Of a stretch of 64,000 nucleotides of DNA, positions 1-9,163 are shown in pieces; position 1 is the first letter of the stretch; every line of letters starts with the position of its first letter. The notes under the pieces are model-generated. The model was not told the DNA's origin, made no database searches, and saw nothing but the letters and a program-made list of their open reading frames with translations. Made by a program: the position numbers and the translations under genes. Source of the DNA: Candidatus Yanofskybacteria bacterium RIFCSPLOWO2_01_FULL_42_49 (GTDB lineage: Bacteria > Patescibacteriota > Minisyncoccia > 2-02-FULL-40-12 > GWA2-44-9); assembly GCA_001795615.1 (NCBI GenBank), contig MGKI01000006.1, positions 3,636 to 67,635 on the forward strand. Direction: 5' to 3'.

Positions 1-868
1 TAAAACCGGTTAAGGCCTCTTTCCGCTGGCCAAGCGAGCGGTTGGAATGTATCTCAGCAACCTTGTGACCCATATCTCTTATGGCTGCGCATATCTTGCG
101 TGCACCATGCTTTGTGCGCGAGAAAATTAAGACAGTCCCCTTGCATTCGTTGAGGAGTTCTCCCAACAATTTGAATTTCATTTCCCTTTTTACCAAAAAT
201 ATTTCCTGGTCAACAAGTTCTATCACCGTTCCAGCCGGAGCAACTTCAACCCGAATCGGCGAGACCATATACTTTGCGGCAATTTGGATTATTTCTGCAG
301 GCATTGTCGCAGAAAAAAGCATTGTCTGGTGTTTGGCGGGGACAAGGGCCAATATCTTTTTTATCTGCGGGGCAAAACCGATGTCCAGCATGCGGTCGGC
401 TTCGTCTAGGACGACTATTTGCACTAAGTCCAGTTTTAAATTTCCGCTTTCAATATGGTCAAGAAGCCGGCCCGGAGTGGCGATTATGATGTTCGGGTGG
501 CGGCGCAATGCCGCTACCTGTCTCCCCATATTCTCTCCGCCTATCAAAACAGCCGTTACAAGTCCTAACGAATATCCTATTTTATGAAGCATTTCTTCGA
601 CCTGGATTGCCAATTCCCGTGTCGGTAAAACCACCAAACCAATACCTCGCGAACCCCGGAGGCGCTGAAGAAGAGGCAACCCAAAAGCTAAGGTTTTTCC
701 TGTACCTGTTTGAGCAATACCAACTATATCCTTTCCTTCCATTGCCGGCTTAATGGCCTGGTATTGAATGGGGGTTGGAACGGTAAAATTGTTGCGTTCT
801 AAAATTTTTAAAAATTCCGGAGCAACGCCAAGGCCGTTAAAGCCCTGGACTGGTGATTGTGTTGTCAT
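1..868 (-). CDS. DEAD-box ATP-dependent RNA helicase (3' end runs off the window; not in ORF track)
   Basis: Manual minus-strand translation from ATG 868: MTTQSPVQGFNGLG...PTPIQ...AQTGTGKT...PTRELA...TPGRL...VLDEADRMLDIGF...FSAT; in-frame alternative ATG at 889. Confidence 0.93.
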   Translation of the reverse strand, partial: MTTQSPVQGFNGLGVAPEFLKILERNNFTVPTPIQYQAIKPAMEGKDIVGIAQTGTGKTLAFGLPLLQRLRGSRGIGLVVLPTRELAIQVEEMLHKIGYSLGLVTAVLIGGENMGRQVAALRRHPNIIIATPGRLLDHIESGNLKLDLVQIVVLDEADRMLDIGFAPQIKKILALVPAKHQTMLFSATMPAEIIQIAAKYMVSPIRVEVAPAGTVIELVDQEIFLVKREMKFKLLGELLNECKGTVLIFSRTKHGARKICAAIRDMGHKVAEIHSNRSLGQRKEALTGF

Positions 869-875
869 TAAATTG

Positions 876-1180
876 AGAGACCATATCATAACCTCGTATT
901 CGGCTATAATCTTCAGAAATGGCCTACAACTTTGTGAAAATTCTTCAACATATCACAACGGATATGCTTCAGAATTTTCACTTTGTTTCGGCTCATTTCT
1001 GAAAATTCTATCTCGAAAGAAGGTTATGATATGGTCTCTTTGACCCGAGATCCTGAGAGTCACTATTAATGACAATTTGAGGTTCGCCCAGTCGGATGAC
1101 TGGGCGACGGGTCGGATGACCCGTCGAGTCGAGACCCGTTAACAAAGTTGAGCTAAGCTCGACGGGTCTTATCTGCTTAT
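876..1180 (-). promoter_or_regulatory. Long structured 5' leader of the DEAD-box helicase
   Basis: 19-bp perfect inverted repeat 876-894/1021-1039 enclosing nested stems 912-921/994-1003 and 934-944/971-981; further hairpins 1084-1170. Confidence 0.7.
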
Positions 1181-1185
1181 GTTTA

Positions 1186-1214
1186 ATCATACGCTACAAC
1201 AAGAGTTAAGTCAA
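1186..1214 (-). promoter_or_regulatory. sigma70-type promoter (TTGACT-17-TATGAT) for helicase leader
   Basis: Near-consensus hexamers with 17-bp spacer on the minus strand. Confidence 0.65.
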
Positions 1215-1257
1215 TGTATGGACATTATAACTGTTTTTTGATTAAACTAATTATATT

Positions 1258-1728
1258 ATGAATAAATCTCGCAAAATAATTTTCGTAACCTTGACTGCCG
1301 TTATTGCGGTTAGCGTTATTTGGAACATTTATCGCCGAGAAATTCCTGCCGATATTTCTGAACACATAAAATCAAAAGGCGGCCTTGTCATCATTGACGA
1401 GCCAAAGCCACTCGAAGCGATAAGCTCGCCGCTTACAGTAAGAGGCAAAGCAAGAGGACCTTGGTATTTTGAAGCCAGTTTTCCAATCGTGCTTACTGAT
1501 TGGGACGGAAAGATCATTGCTGAACATTATGCCGAAGCAAAAAAAGAATGGATGACTGCTGACTTTGTGCCCTTCGAAGGCAAACTGAAATTTGAAAGCC
1601 CGGTCTTTGAGGGAGTCGGTAAAGATCATTTCAGCCGGCGTGGTTATTTGATATTCAAAAAAGACAATCCTTCGGGTCTGTCTGAATACGATGACGCCCT
1701 TGAGATCCCCATTTTGTTTAAAGATTGA
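1258..1728 (+). CDS. Membrane-anchored Gmad2 (Ig-like) domain protein
   Basis: N-terminal TM helix; V.GKARGPWYFEASFP...WMT..FVPF...KDNPSGL pattern typical of Gmad2 proteins. Confidence 0.75.
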   Translation: MNKSRKIIFVTLTAVIAVSVIWNIYRREIPADISEHIKSKGGLVIIDEPKPLEAISSPLTVRGKARGPWYFEASFPIVLTDWDGKIIAEHYAEAKKEWMTADFVPFEGKLKFESPVFEGVGKDHFSRRGYLIFKKDNPSGLSEYDDALEIPILFKD

Positions 1729-1784
1729 TAAATAAAATTTTATGCTATACTTAGCGGATAGTAAACTTTTTAACAAAAACATAT

Positions 1785-1919
1785 ATGGCAAAAAGAAGAA
1801 CAGGTTTGGGCGGAACGGACAACCGCCGCAGAAAATCACACTCTCACAAAACCAAGAAGCGATTGGAAATAAAGAGAATCAGACTAGAGGCTCTGGCAAA
1901 GAGAAGAAGGCACAGATAA
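1785..1919 (+). CDS. Small highly basic protein (44 aa), below ORF-track cutoff
   Basis: MAKRRTGLGGTDNRRRKSHSHKTKKRLEIKRIRLEALAKRRRHR; upstream TGCTATACT -10-like motif; terminator immediately downstream. Confidence 0.6.
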   Translation: MAKRRTGLGGTDNRRRKSHSHKTKKRLEIKRIRLEALAKRRRHR

Positions 1920-1922
1920 CAT

Positions 1923-1952
1923 AAAACGCCCCCGCACTTGCGGGGGCTTGTT
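1923..1952. terminator. Intrinsic terminator between convergent genes
   Basis: GCCCCCGCA-CT-TGCGGGGGC hairpin with flanking A/T tracts. Confidence 0.75.
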
Positions 1953-1963
1953 GAGCCGGATAA

Positions 1964-2485
1964 TCAATCTCTGGAAACCCAACTGAGGTCAAGAATAGTG
2001 TATGTCGGGTTTTGACTAAACACCGGCCTGATGGGCATACCAATATACGGCTCCCCGTCTCCAAATTCAGAAAGATAACTCATAAGTTTTGTACAGATGC
2101 CGGGAATTTCAACGGAAATAAGCGGGCAGGGAACGGTTGCCTTAAATCCAGCACCAGGATAGTTGGTCGTAGAATGCGTATAAACCGTCGCTTGAGAAGT
2201 ATCTATTTTTACCCAGGACATTTCTTGCCAACAATCCGGACAATGCACGCGCGGAGGCAGCCATATACCAGCGTTGCCACATGAACCGCATACGGTTCCC
2301 CAAAGCGTGCCAGCAGCAAGTCCGTCAAAAAACTTTGAAATCCCACCGTATGAATGGAAATGGGTAATGTTCCTGGGGTTTTCTCTAAGAATGATGCCTT
2401 GGGGAATATTTTGTCGGAAAAGAACATCCGCCAACTTTGTCTTCGAATCAGCAGAAATGGTAACTTGCTGTCTCTGCTTACTCAC
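1964..2485 (-). CDS. DUF35-family Zn-ribbon/OB-fold protein (thiolase partner)
   Basis: CGSC...PPRVHCPDC rubredoxin-like ribbon then OB-fold; likely GTG start at 2485 overlapping the thiolase stop (ORF-track start 2704 probably too long). Confidence 0.85.
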   Translation of the reverse strand: MSKQRQQVTISADSKTKLADVLFRQNIPQGIILRENPRNITHFHSYGGISKFFDGLAAGTLWGTVCGSCGNAGIWLPPRVHCPDCWQEMSWVKIDTSQATVYTHSTTNYPGAGFKATVPCPLISVEIPGICTKLMSYLSEFGDGEPYIGMPIRPVFSQNPTYTILDLSWVSRD

Positions 2486-3845
2486 TACTCCACCCCCTTT
2501 CCAGGATAATAGCTGTAACATGAGAACCTGTACCGGCGTGACTAATCGCCATACCTCGCCTTGCATTTGACACCTGCAGATTTTCAAAATTATTGGGCTT
2601 TGTTTTTCCAAAACGACCCCAATATTTATCGTCTGCGTGGAATTTATTCCATTCTCCCCGAATCTGCCAAAAAATTTCTGAAAGCTGGAATATCCCGGTC
2701 GCACCTACGGAATGCATGGAACCAAGGAGTCCGCCGGAAAGATTTGTGGGCAGCCGTCCGCCAATGAACGCATCTCCGCTCTCAATAAAATCAGCTCCCT
2801 CGCCATATGGCCGAAGGCCAATGTCTTCATAGGTTTGGATGTCTGATACCGTAAAAGCATCGTGCGTTTCAAGAACATCCAACTCTTTCACCGGATCAGT
2901 AATATCGGCCATATTGTAAGCAAGGTACGCGGCAAAACGAGCCGCAAGAAAACTGGTGAATCCGGGCCACTCGTTTTTTCGATCTTGATACAACTGAGGC
3001 CGCTCATTCGGCAAAAGCAGTACCGGCATATTTCTCCTATCGGCCGTACGCAAAGTATGCGAGCCCGAGCCAGTACCGACAACACTTACCGGATGGTCAG
3101 TCAGACGAAAAGCGGTCTCTTCGTCGGCAAGAACAATGCTGGCAGCACCCACACTCATAGCACAACATTCCGGAAAAGTAAGCGGGTCTGATACTACCGC
3201 TGATTTTAGAATTTCATCAACCGTATAATCACCGGGAAGCTGAGAGTAAGGAGAGAATCGCGCGTAATGATGATTCTTCTGGGCGATCTTTGTCAGTGTT
3301 TCGCGGTTTGGATTATATTCGTGAATATATCGACGCATCATAAGCGCATAATAAGTCGCATAAAGCCAGCCGAGTTCTGATTCAAAATCTTTGCATGCGG
3401 CAGATGCTATGTATGCATTGCCCTGACGGGTATTTACCTCGTCCATTCTTTCCCACCCAATAACCGGCACTAGCGAAGCATAACCGGACGCAATCGCCAT
3501 AACACCCGCAAGCACAGACGAACCGCCGGTTGCTCCGCCGGTTTTAACCTCAATATTACCTAACGGGTCAAAACCGAGATAGTCATGAATCTTAGCGGCA
3601 GCAAGCAATTGATCGCCGAAGTGGTCCGCAAATTGCGAATAGACGCAAAAGTTGACCATTTTTTTGAAGTCACGAGGCGAAATACCAAGCCCATCTTCTA
3701 CCGCCATTTTCAAGGATTCAAGACAAAGTTCGGTTGACTGTTTTTCAGGGTAGAATTTTCTGAAATCGGTCAGTCCGGCCGCTACCATATACACCGGACG
3801 AGACAACTTTGGAACCCTAAGATTGCCGTTGCCAAACGATATCAT
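2478..3845 (-). CDS. Thiolase-superfamily protein (SCP-x/archaeal-type)
   Basis: HDAF and SGGLLGSMHSVGATG motifs; KNH..A...P.SQ; translationally coupled to DUF35 gene. Confidence 0.85.
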   Translation of the reverse strand: MISFGNGNLRVPKLSRPVYMVAAGLTDFRKFYPEKQSTELCLESLKMAVEDGLGISPRDFKKMVNFCVYSQFADHFGDQLLAAAKIHDYLGFDPLGNIEVKTGGATGGSSVLAGVMAIASGYASLVPVIGWERMDEVNTRQGNAYIASAACKDFESELGWLYATYYALMMRRYIHEYNPNRETLTKIAQKNHHYARFSPYSQLPGDYTVDEILKSAVVSDPLTFPECCAMSVGAASIVLADEETAFRLTDHPVSVVGTGSGSHTLRTADRRNMPVLLLPNERPQLYQDRKNEWPGFTSFLAARFAAYLAYNMADITDPVKELDVLETHDAFTVSDIQTYEDIGLRPYGEGADFIESGDAFIGGRLPTNLSGGLLGSMHSVGATGIFQLSEIFWQIRGEWNKFHADDKYWGRFGKTKPNNFENLQVSNARRGMAISHAGTGSHVTAIILERGWSSE

Positions 3846-3950
3846 CTGAATTGATTACCCTTTGATTTTAATGTGCTTAGCCCAAGACTAATGACCTAGT
3901 TAACTTCTGTCAACTTGTAATTTCCGAATAATTTATTACGATGATTAAAT

Positions 3951-4319
3951 ATGAACAAAAAAAATCGTATTTATATAATAATAACCGGGGTCGTGGCGAT
4001 AACTTTAATTTGGCTTAGCCAAAGCAATAAGAATCTCAGGCCGGAGCTTGAATCTCTGTCCGGAGCAAATTCTATAAACAACACCGTGGACAAACCAGTC
4101 GATACGGTTGAGGGAACTCTGTGGAGATCTGACGACGACGCTAAGGGCAACCTGATGTTAGTAACCAGTGACGCGATAATATATATCAGAACATCTCGAG
4201 ACTTTAACGAGTTGGTAAGCAAAAATGTCGTCGTCTCAATAGACGGAACATCAGACAACTTCACGCTTCTCAATATAGAAAAAAACCTCGCCAAAGATGG
4301 GTTTATCCAAACAAATTAG
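3951..4319 (+). CDS. Hypothetical membrane-anchored protein
   Basis: N-terminal TM helix, 122 aa, followed by terminator. Confidence 0.7.
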   Translation: MNKKNRIYIIITGVVAITLIWLSQSNKNLRPELESLSGANSINNTVDKPVDTVEGTLWRSDDDAKGNLMLVTSDAIIYIRTSRDFNELVSKNVVVSIDGTSDNFTLLNIEKNLAKDGFIQTN

Positions 4320-4355
4320 ATATCAAAAGTCCCGCCGTAGCGGGACTTTTGATAT
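4320..4355. terminator. Bidirectional intrinsic terminator
   Basis: ATATCAAAAGTCCCGC-CGTA-GCGGGACTTTTGATAT. Confidence 0.85.
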
Positions 4356-5575
4356 TATTCATATCCTTTTAACTTACCGAGTTTGTGGTGCTGACGGATT
4401 TTTTCAAGAGCTTTGGCCTCTATCTGCCTGATTCGTTCGCGGGTAACGGCGAATACCTTGCCCACTTCTTCAAGTGTGTGGGTTACGCCGTCAGTAAGCC
4501 CAAACCTCATATCGAGGATTTTTTGCTCTCTGAGAGTGAGGTCAGAAATAATTTCATTGAGATATGTTTTTAAAATTTTCCTTGCGGCGGAAGTTGAAGG
4601 AGAAATCGTGTCTTCGTCGGGAATGAAACTTTCAAGGGCGCTATCTCCGTCGTCATCTTCGCCCACCGGCGACTCAAGAGAAATGGTCTCCTGGGATATT
4701 TTCTGAATATGGCGGATTTTCTCAACTTCCACGCCCATTTCAGACGCTACTTCTTCCGGCAACGGATCTCTGCCCAAATCCTGCACAAGCCGACGCACCA
4801 CTTGCTGGTATTTGTTGATGGTTTCAACCATGTGAACGGGAATACGGATAGTCCTGCCTTGGTCAGCCAAAGCGCGAGTAATCGCCTGCCGTATCCACCA
4901 TGTCGCATAGGTTGAAAATTTAAATCCTTTTTTGAAATCAAATTTCTCTACGGCTTTAAACAAACCGATGTTTCCTTCTTGAATCAAATCGAGAAGAGTA
5001 AGATTTGCCGAACGGCCGACATACTTTTTGGCGATGGATACAACCAAGCGCAAATTTGATAACGCCAACTTCTGACGAGCCGATTCGTCGTTTTTTTCTA
5101 TTCTCTTTGCCAATTCTACTTCTTCGTCTCCGGTCAGCAAAGGATATTGGCCAATTTCCTTAAGATACATCTGGACGGAATCAGATGTAGCCGCTTCACC
5201 GAATTCATCCTGGATCTTCTTTTTTTCGTCATATTCTTTTGTCTTTTCCTCTTCAAAAACACGGCCCGACTCGATTATGTTTATGTTGGAAGATTCAAGC
5301 CGGTCGTAGAGCATCTCAAGCCCCTTAATGTCTTTCTCAACTTCAGGAAAAGAATTAAGAATTTCTGACTGAGTGACAAAACCCCTGTGCCTGCCTTTTT
5401 CTATCAAAGCCAAAATGGCACTTTCGCTTAAAGGAGCGCCTTTTTTCTTGAGAGTTGTTTTTTTGCCAATCCTTTTCTTTATCTTAATTTTTTTGGCAAC
5501 CTTTCTCTTTTTCGGCCGAGCAACTCTTTTCTTTACCGGTTTTCTTTTTGATGATTTTTTCTTCTTTTTTGACAT
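4355..5575 (-). CDS. rpoD: Primary sigma factor sigma70
   Basis: [60 protein letters not shown]; Lys-rich N-terminal extension; downstream of dnaG. Confidence 0.98.
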   Translation of the reverse strand: MSKKKKKSSKRKPVKKRVARPKKRKVAKKIKIKKRIGKKTTLKKKGAPLSESAILALIEKGRHRGFVTQSEILNSFPEVEKDIKGLEMLYDRLESSNINIIESGRVFEEEKTKEYDEKKKIQDEFGEAATSDSVQMYLKEIGQYPLLTGDEEVELAKRIEKNDESARQKLALSNLRLVVSIAKKYVGRSANLTLLDLIQEGNIGLFKAVEKFDFKKGFKFSTYATWWIRQAITRALADQGRTIRIPVHMVETINKYQQVVRRLVQDLGRDPLPEEVASEMGVEVEKIRHIQKISQETISLESPVGEDDDGDSALESFIPDEDTISPSTSAARKILKTYLNEIISDLTLREQKILDMRFGLTDGVTHTLEEVGKVFAVTRERIRQIEAKALEKIRQHHKLGKLKGYE

Positions 5576-5593
5576 TTGTAATTTATTTAGAAA

Positions 5594-7570
5594 TTAGGAT
5601 TTAGAAATTTGGGGGTTGTGTATCTCTGCCAATTCCCGCGTTAATTTGTTAAATGTTGCCGCAAGCTCACCTATCTTGGCCCTGTCTCCCACCGCTTCGG
5701 CTGCCCTTATTTCATAACCAAGATCAACCATTCGCGAATTGATAGTTTTTTGTTTTAATTTGTTAAAGATGTTTGAGAATTCCTCTTTTAGGTCTCCATC
5801 TTTGGCGTCACCCCACAACACTTGAGACCTTAAATAAATAAACTCCAGATCTAGCAACCTATCCGAATCAAACCTTTTTGTAAAGCTGCCAAAGTTGAAT
5901 TCCTCCAAATTTTCTTTAGCCAATTCGACTATTACCTGAGACGCTAGAGGACTCAAAAGCCGCGAATCAGCAGAAGCTTGCCCTTGTTCGGATCCTTTAC
6001 CGCAAAGCGCCGATATTTCTTCTTTGAAAAGCGCGGGTTTTTTAATTATTGCGGACAACAATGCCTCGTTCAAAATATCAGGCGCTTCTATCTTTGCGGC
6101 GACGGACGGCTTAGCCTTGGCTGTATCGGAAACAAGCTGAACGGAGTTATCATATACGGCTAAGTCGTCAGGAGAAGACATGATATCACTTTCCACGGCG
6201 TCTTCTTTGACTCTCAGTAAAAAAGCCAGCTGGCTGATCCAGTGGGATTTCTCCACCCTGCTTGAAAGGCGCTTAATGAAAGGCGCAACAGTTAGAATAA
6301 CACTTTTTTTGCTTTCAGCCGATCCCGAATTATAGTTTTCCTTTGCTTTGTCAAAATAAAATTCGACGACCGGCTTTGCCTTCTCGGCCACTTCTGCCCA
6401 GCTTGCCCCGAGCGGAATCAAGGGGTTGTTTCCGTATTTTTGAACATAGTCAGCCGGATCTTTGCACTCTTTGTCATTAATGGAAACGACTTTCACATTG
6501 AAATCCTGGCTTAACGCCATGCCTATGCCTCTTTTGGTCGCAACTGCTCCCGCCGAATCGGTATCAAAACATAAATCAAGATTGGAAGTAAATCTTTTTA
6601 AAAGGCCAAGGTGCATCGGCGTAAGAGCTGTACCCGATGAAGCGACAACATTATTAACCCCCGCTTGGTAAGACATAATAGCGTCCATGTTGCCTTCAAC
6701 AAGAAGGCACTTGTTCTTTTTTCTTATCTCGCCCCGAGCAAGATTAAGACCATACAATATTCGGCTTTTGTCGTAAATCAGTGTTTGGGGAGTGTTAATA
6801 TACTTTGCCACGACGCTCTGGTCTTTGTCAGGCCCACTTTGGGCTTGATCAAAGCCAGAAGTCGGGGTCCCGACCGATTTGCGCGTCGGGACTACGCCTT
6901 CGAATATACGCCCGGTAAATCCCACAACCCTACCATTTACATCTGATATCGGAAACATTATGCGCGAACGGAATCGATCATAAATAGAATTTGGGGCTTG
7001 GAATTTGGAATTTGTAACTTCTCGCTTTACAGCGAGCCCCGCATCAACTATTTCTTTTTCGGTAAAACCAGAATTGCGCAAGTAACCGCTCAAAGCTTCC
7101 CAAGTATCCGGAGCAAATCCGAGACGAAATTGGGTTATAGTTTTTTCCTCCAATCCCCTGCCCTTTAAGTATTCAAGGGCTAGTTTCCCCATATTTGAAC
7201 TGCCCAACTGCTTTTCAAAAAATTTCGCGGTAGTCTCGCATGCTTGGTACAAGCGGTCTTTGGAATCCTTTATCGCGGCATTAAACTCTTCCAGCTCAAC
7301 ACCAGCTCGCGCAGCAAGAATTTTCAAGGCTTCAGGGAACTCAACGCCCTCTATCTCTTTAACGAAAGTAAAAATATCCCCGCCTTTTTGGCAGCCGAAG
7401 CAGTGCCAAATCTGCCGTTCCGGAGATATAAAAAACGAGGGGGTTTTCTCGCTGTGAAACGGGCAAGGGGCTTTGAAATTTATTCCGGCTTTCTGCAATT
7501 TTAAATAGCCGGAGACAACGTCTACTACGTTTAAACGATCTTTAATTTTGGAGATGTTGTCGCCAGCCAT
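5594..7570 (-). CDS. dnaG: DNA primase
   Basis: CPFHSEKTPSF...CFGC Zn finger; DRFRSRIMFPI; KYINTP; TOPRIM EGNMD and FDTDSAG. Confidence 0.98.
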   Translation of the reverse strand: MAGDNISKIKDRLNVVDVVSGYLKLQKAGINFKAPCPFHSEKTPSFFISPERQIWHCFGCQKGGDIFTFVKEIEGVEFPEALKILAARAGVELEEFNAAIKDSKDRLYQACETTAKFFEKQLGSSNMGKLALEYLKGRGLEEKTITQFRLGFAPDTWEALSGYLRNSGFTEKEIVDAGLAVKREVTNSKFQAPNSIYDRFRSRIMFPISDVNGRVVGFTGRIFEGVVPTRKSVGTPTSGFDQAQSGPDKDQSVVAKYINTPQTLIYDKSRILYGLNLARGEIRKKNKCLLVEGNMDAIMSYQAGVNNVVASSGTALTPMHLGLLKRFTSNLDLCFDTDSAGAVATKRGIGMALSQDFNVKVVSINDKECKDPADYVQKYGNNPLIPLGASWAEVAEKAKPVVEFYFDKAKENYNSGSAESKKSVILTVAPFIKRLSSRVEKSHWISQLAFLLRVKEDAVESDIMSSPDDLAVYDNSVQLVSDTAKAKPSVAAKIEAPDILNEALLSAIIKKPALFKEEISALCGKGSEQGQASADSRLLSPLASQVIVELAKENLEEFNFGSFTKRFDSDRLLDLEFIYLRSQVLWGDAKDGDLKEEFSNIFNKLKQKTINSRMVDLGYEIRAAEAVGDRAKIGELAATFNKLTRELAEIHNPQISKS

Positions 7571-7643
7571 TCAATGGAAACAACCTAACATAATTTTGAT
7601 AAATAATAAAGCGGCCCAATTCAAGCTGGACCGCTGTTATGCT

Positions 7644-9089
7644 TTACCATTTGCCCCAGATGGGTTCTCTGTTTTCAAAACAGCCGAAACAGAAATCTTT
7701 CGGATCTTTATCGAAACATCTTACCGCATCGTACAAATCCGACAACAGCTGATAACCGACAAAATTGGCCTCCGTTTCAGCCGCAATCGACTTGCAGTCT
7801 ACCGACAATCCTTCGACTATGTGACTGGCGGCAATTAACCGCCTGCCCTTCCCTCTCATATCTATGCCCTTACCGCAAGGCCCCAGTATCGGTGGTGCGC
7901 CAGACAAAACTGAAATCCACTTTACCCCAAAACCCCTCAATACCCTGATAATTTTTCGGATTGTGTTGCCTCTTACAATTGAGTCTTCAATTATCCAAAA
8001 ACGCGCATCGGGATTATCTTTAAGAATACCATCGATAGCGAAACGCAGAAAACTAAATTTTATTCTAAGCGTATCATCTATCACCACCTGGCTTTCTTTG
8101 GTGAAACTTCTTCCAACAGAGTGGCGCCGAATTAATATAGTCGTTAACTTTCGGTTAAGCGCTTGGCAAAAACCCTCTGCGTATGAGTTGGAAGAATCAG
8201 GTATGTTAGTAATAATGTCGTCCGGTTTTACTAAATGACCAAAATTTGTAGCCAGTCTTCGCCCTAATTCTTTTTGAAACTCACTGACGGGTATACCGAA
8301 TATTACCGATGACGGAATACTGAAATACACCCCTTCATAAACGCATTGGTTAAGAGATTGCGTCCCTCCTTCATCGTACAGCATGTGCGAAGAAAGGCCG
8401 CCGGCAGTAATTACCAAAATTTCACCGGGCAGAACATCGCGTTCGTAAAAACCGTTTACCACTTCAAAAGCAGAATTCTCTGAAGCAACAACATAACCGC
8501 CGCCAAGCCTGCCTAGCGACAAGGGTCTGTTGCCAGATGGATCACGCGCCGCTATGAGAGCAATCTCGCCTTTATAATTGGTTAGCATACACAAGGCATA
8601 TGTGCCACGATAGGATTTTAAACCCTTCTTCAGCGCCTCCAATAAATCGTCGGTACCAGCCAAATTCATGTAATGCAATATCATCTCCGAATCGGAATTA
8701 GTAAACAATACCGATCCGCGATTGATAAGAACCTGCCGATCTTCTTCAACAAAAGGAGAATCGCCATTATGAACTACATAAAGCCACCCCCACGGCATTT
8801 CAAATTTAAGAGGATGGGCGTTATCGAATGATCTGGGGTCACCCGAGGTACCATACCTGACATGACCAACTCCGGAAAAAAAGGAGCCGTCGTTTTGAAA
8901 ACCAGAACTGCCAATTTTTATAACTAAATCCGGAACAGTAAATTCTGTCCGTTCATAAAAAGAATCCCCACTATATTTAGCAAGAGCCAGCCCGGCACCA
9001 TTTTCCCCCCGATATTGAAGAGCATTCATCAAAGAAGTAACCACATCATAAGCATCCGGTACATTTATAGCCCCAACCACACCGCACAT
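7644..9089 (-). CDS. purF: Amidophosphoribosyltransferase
   Basis: N-terminal MCG nucleophile, GHVRYGT, HNG, SDSE, EDSIVRGNT PRPP loop, PC..GIDM, CFGCF. Confidence 0.9.
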   Translation of the reverse strand: MCGVVGAINVPDAYDVVTSLMNALQYRGENGAGLALAKYSGDSFYERTEFTVPDLVIKIGSSGFQNDGSFFSGVGHVRYGTSGDPRSFDNAHPLKFEMPWGWLYVVHNGDSPFVEEDRQVLINRGSVLFTNSDSEMILHYMNLAGTDDLLEALKKGLKSYRGTYALCMLTNYKGEIALIAARDPSGNRPLSLGRLGGGYVVASENSAFEVVNGFYERDVLPGEILVITAGGLSSHMLYDEGGTQSLNQCVYEGVYFSIPSSVIFGIPVSEFQKELGRRLATNFGHLVKPDDIITNIPDSSNSYAEGFCQALNRKLTTILIRRHSVGRSFTKESQVVIDDTLRIKFSFLRFAIDGILKDNPDARFWIIEDSIVRGNTIRKIIRVLRGFGVKWISVLSGAPPILGPCGKGIDMRGKGRRLIAASHIVEGLSVDCKSIAAETEANFVGYQLLSDLYDAVRCFDKDPKDFCFGCFENREPIWGKW

Positions 9090-9163
9090 GTTGTCTCACC
9101 TCCATTTCAAAGTTCCGGTTGTTATGATACAAAATTAAACCCCCTTCGTATAGGGGGGGCAAT

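Noticed and set aside
81-1043. Plus-strand ORFs 81-587, 274-489, 508-753 and 768-1043
   Set aside because: Antisense shadows of the minus-strand DEAD-box helicase and its leader
1084-1125. GGA-loop hairpins as CsrA/RsmA sites
   Set aside because: GGA loops occur only on the plus strand, while the visible promoter drives the minus strand, where the loops read AUCC
1742-1924. 60-aa ORF from the track
   Set aside because: The overlapping frame 1785-1919 fits the promoter and terminator better
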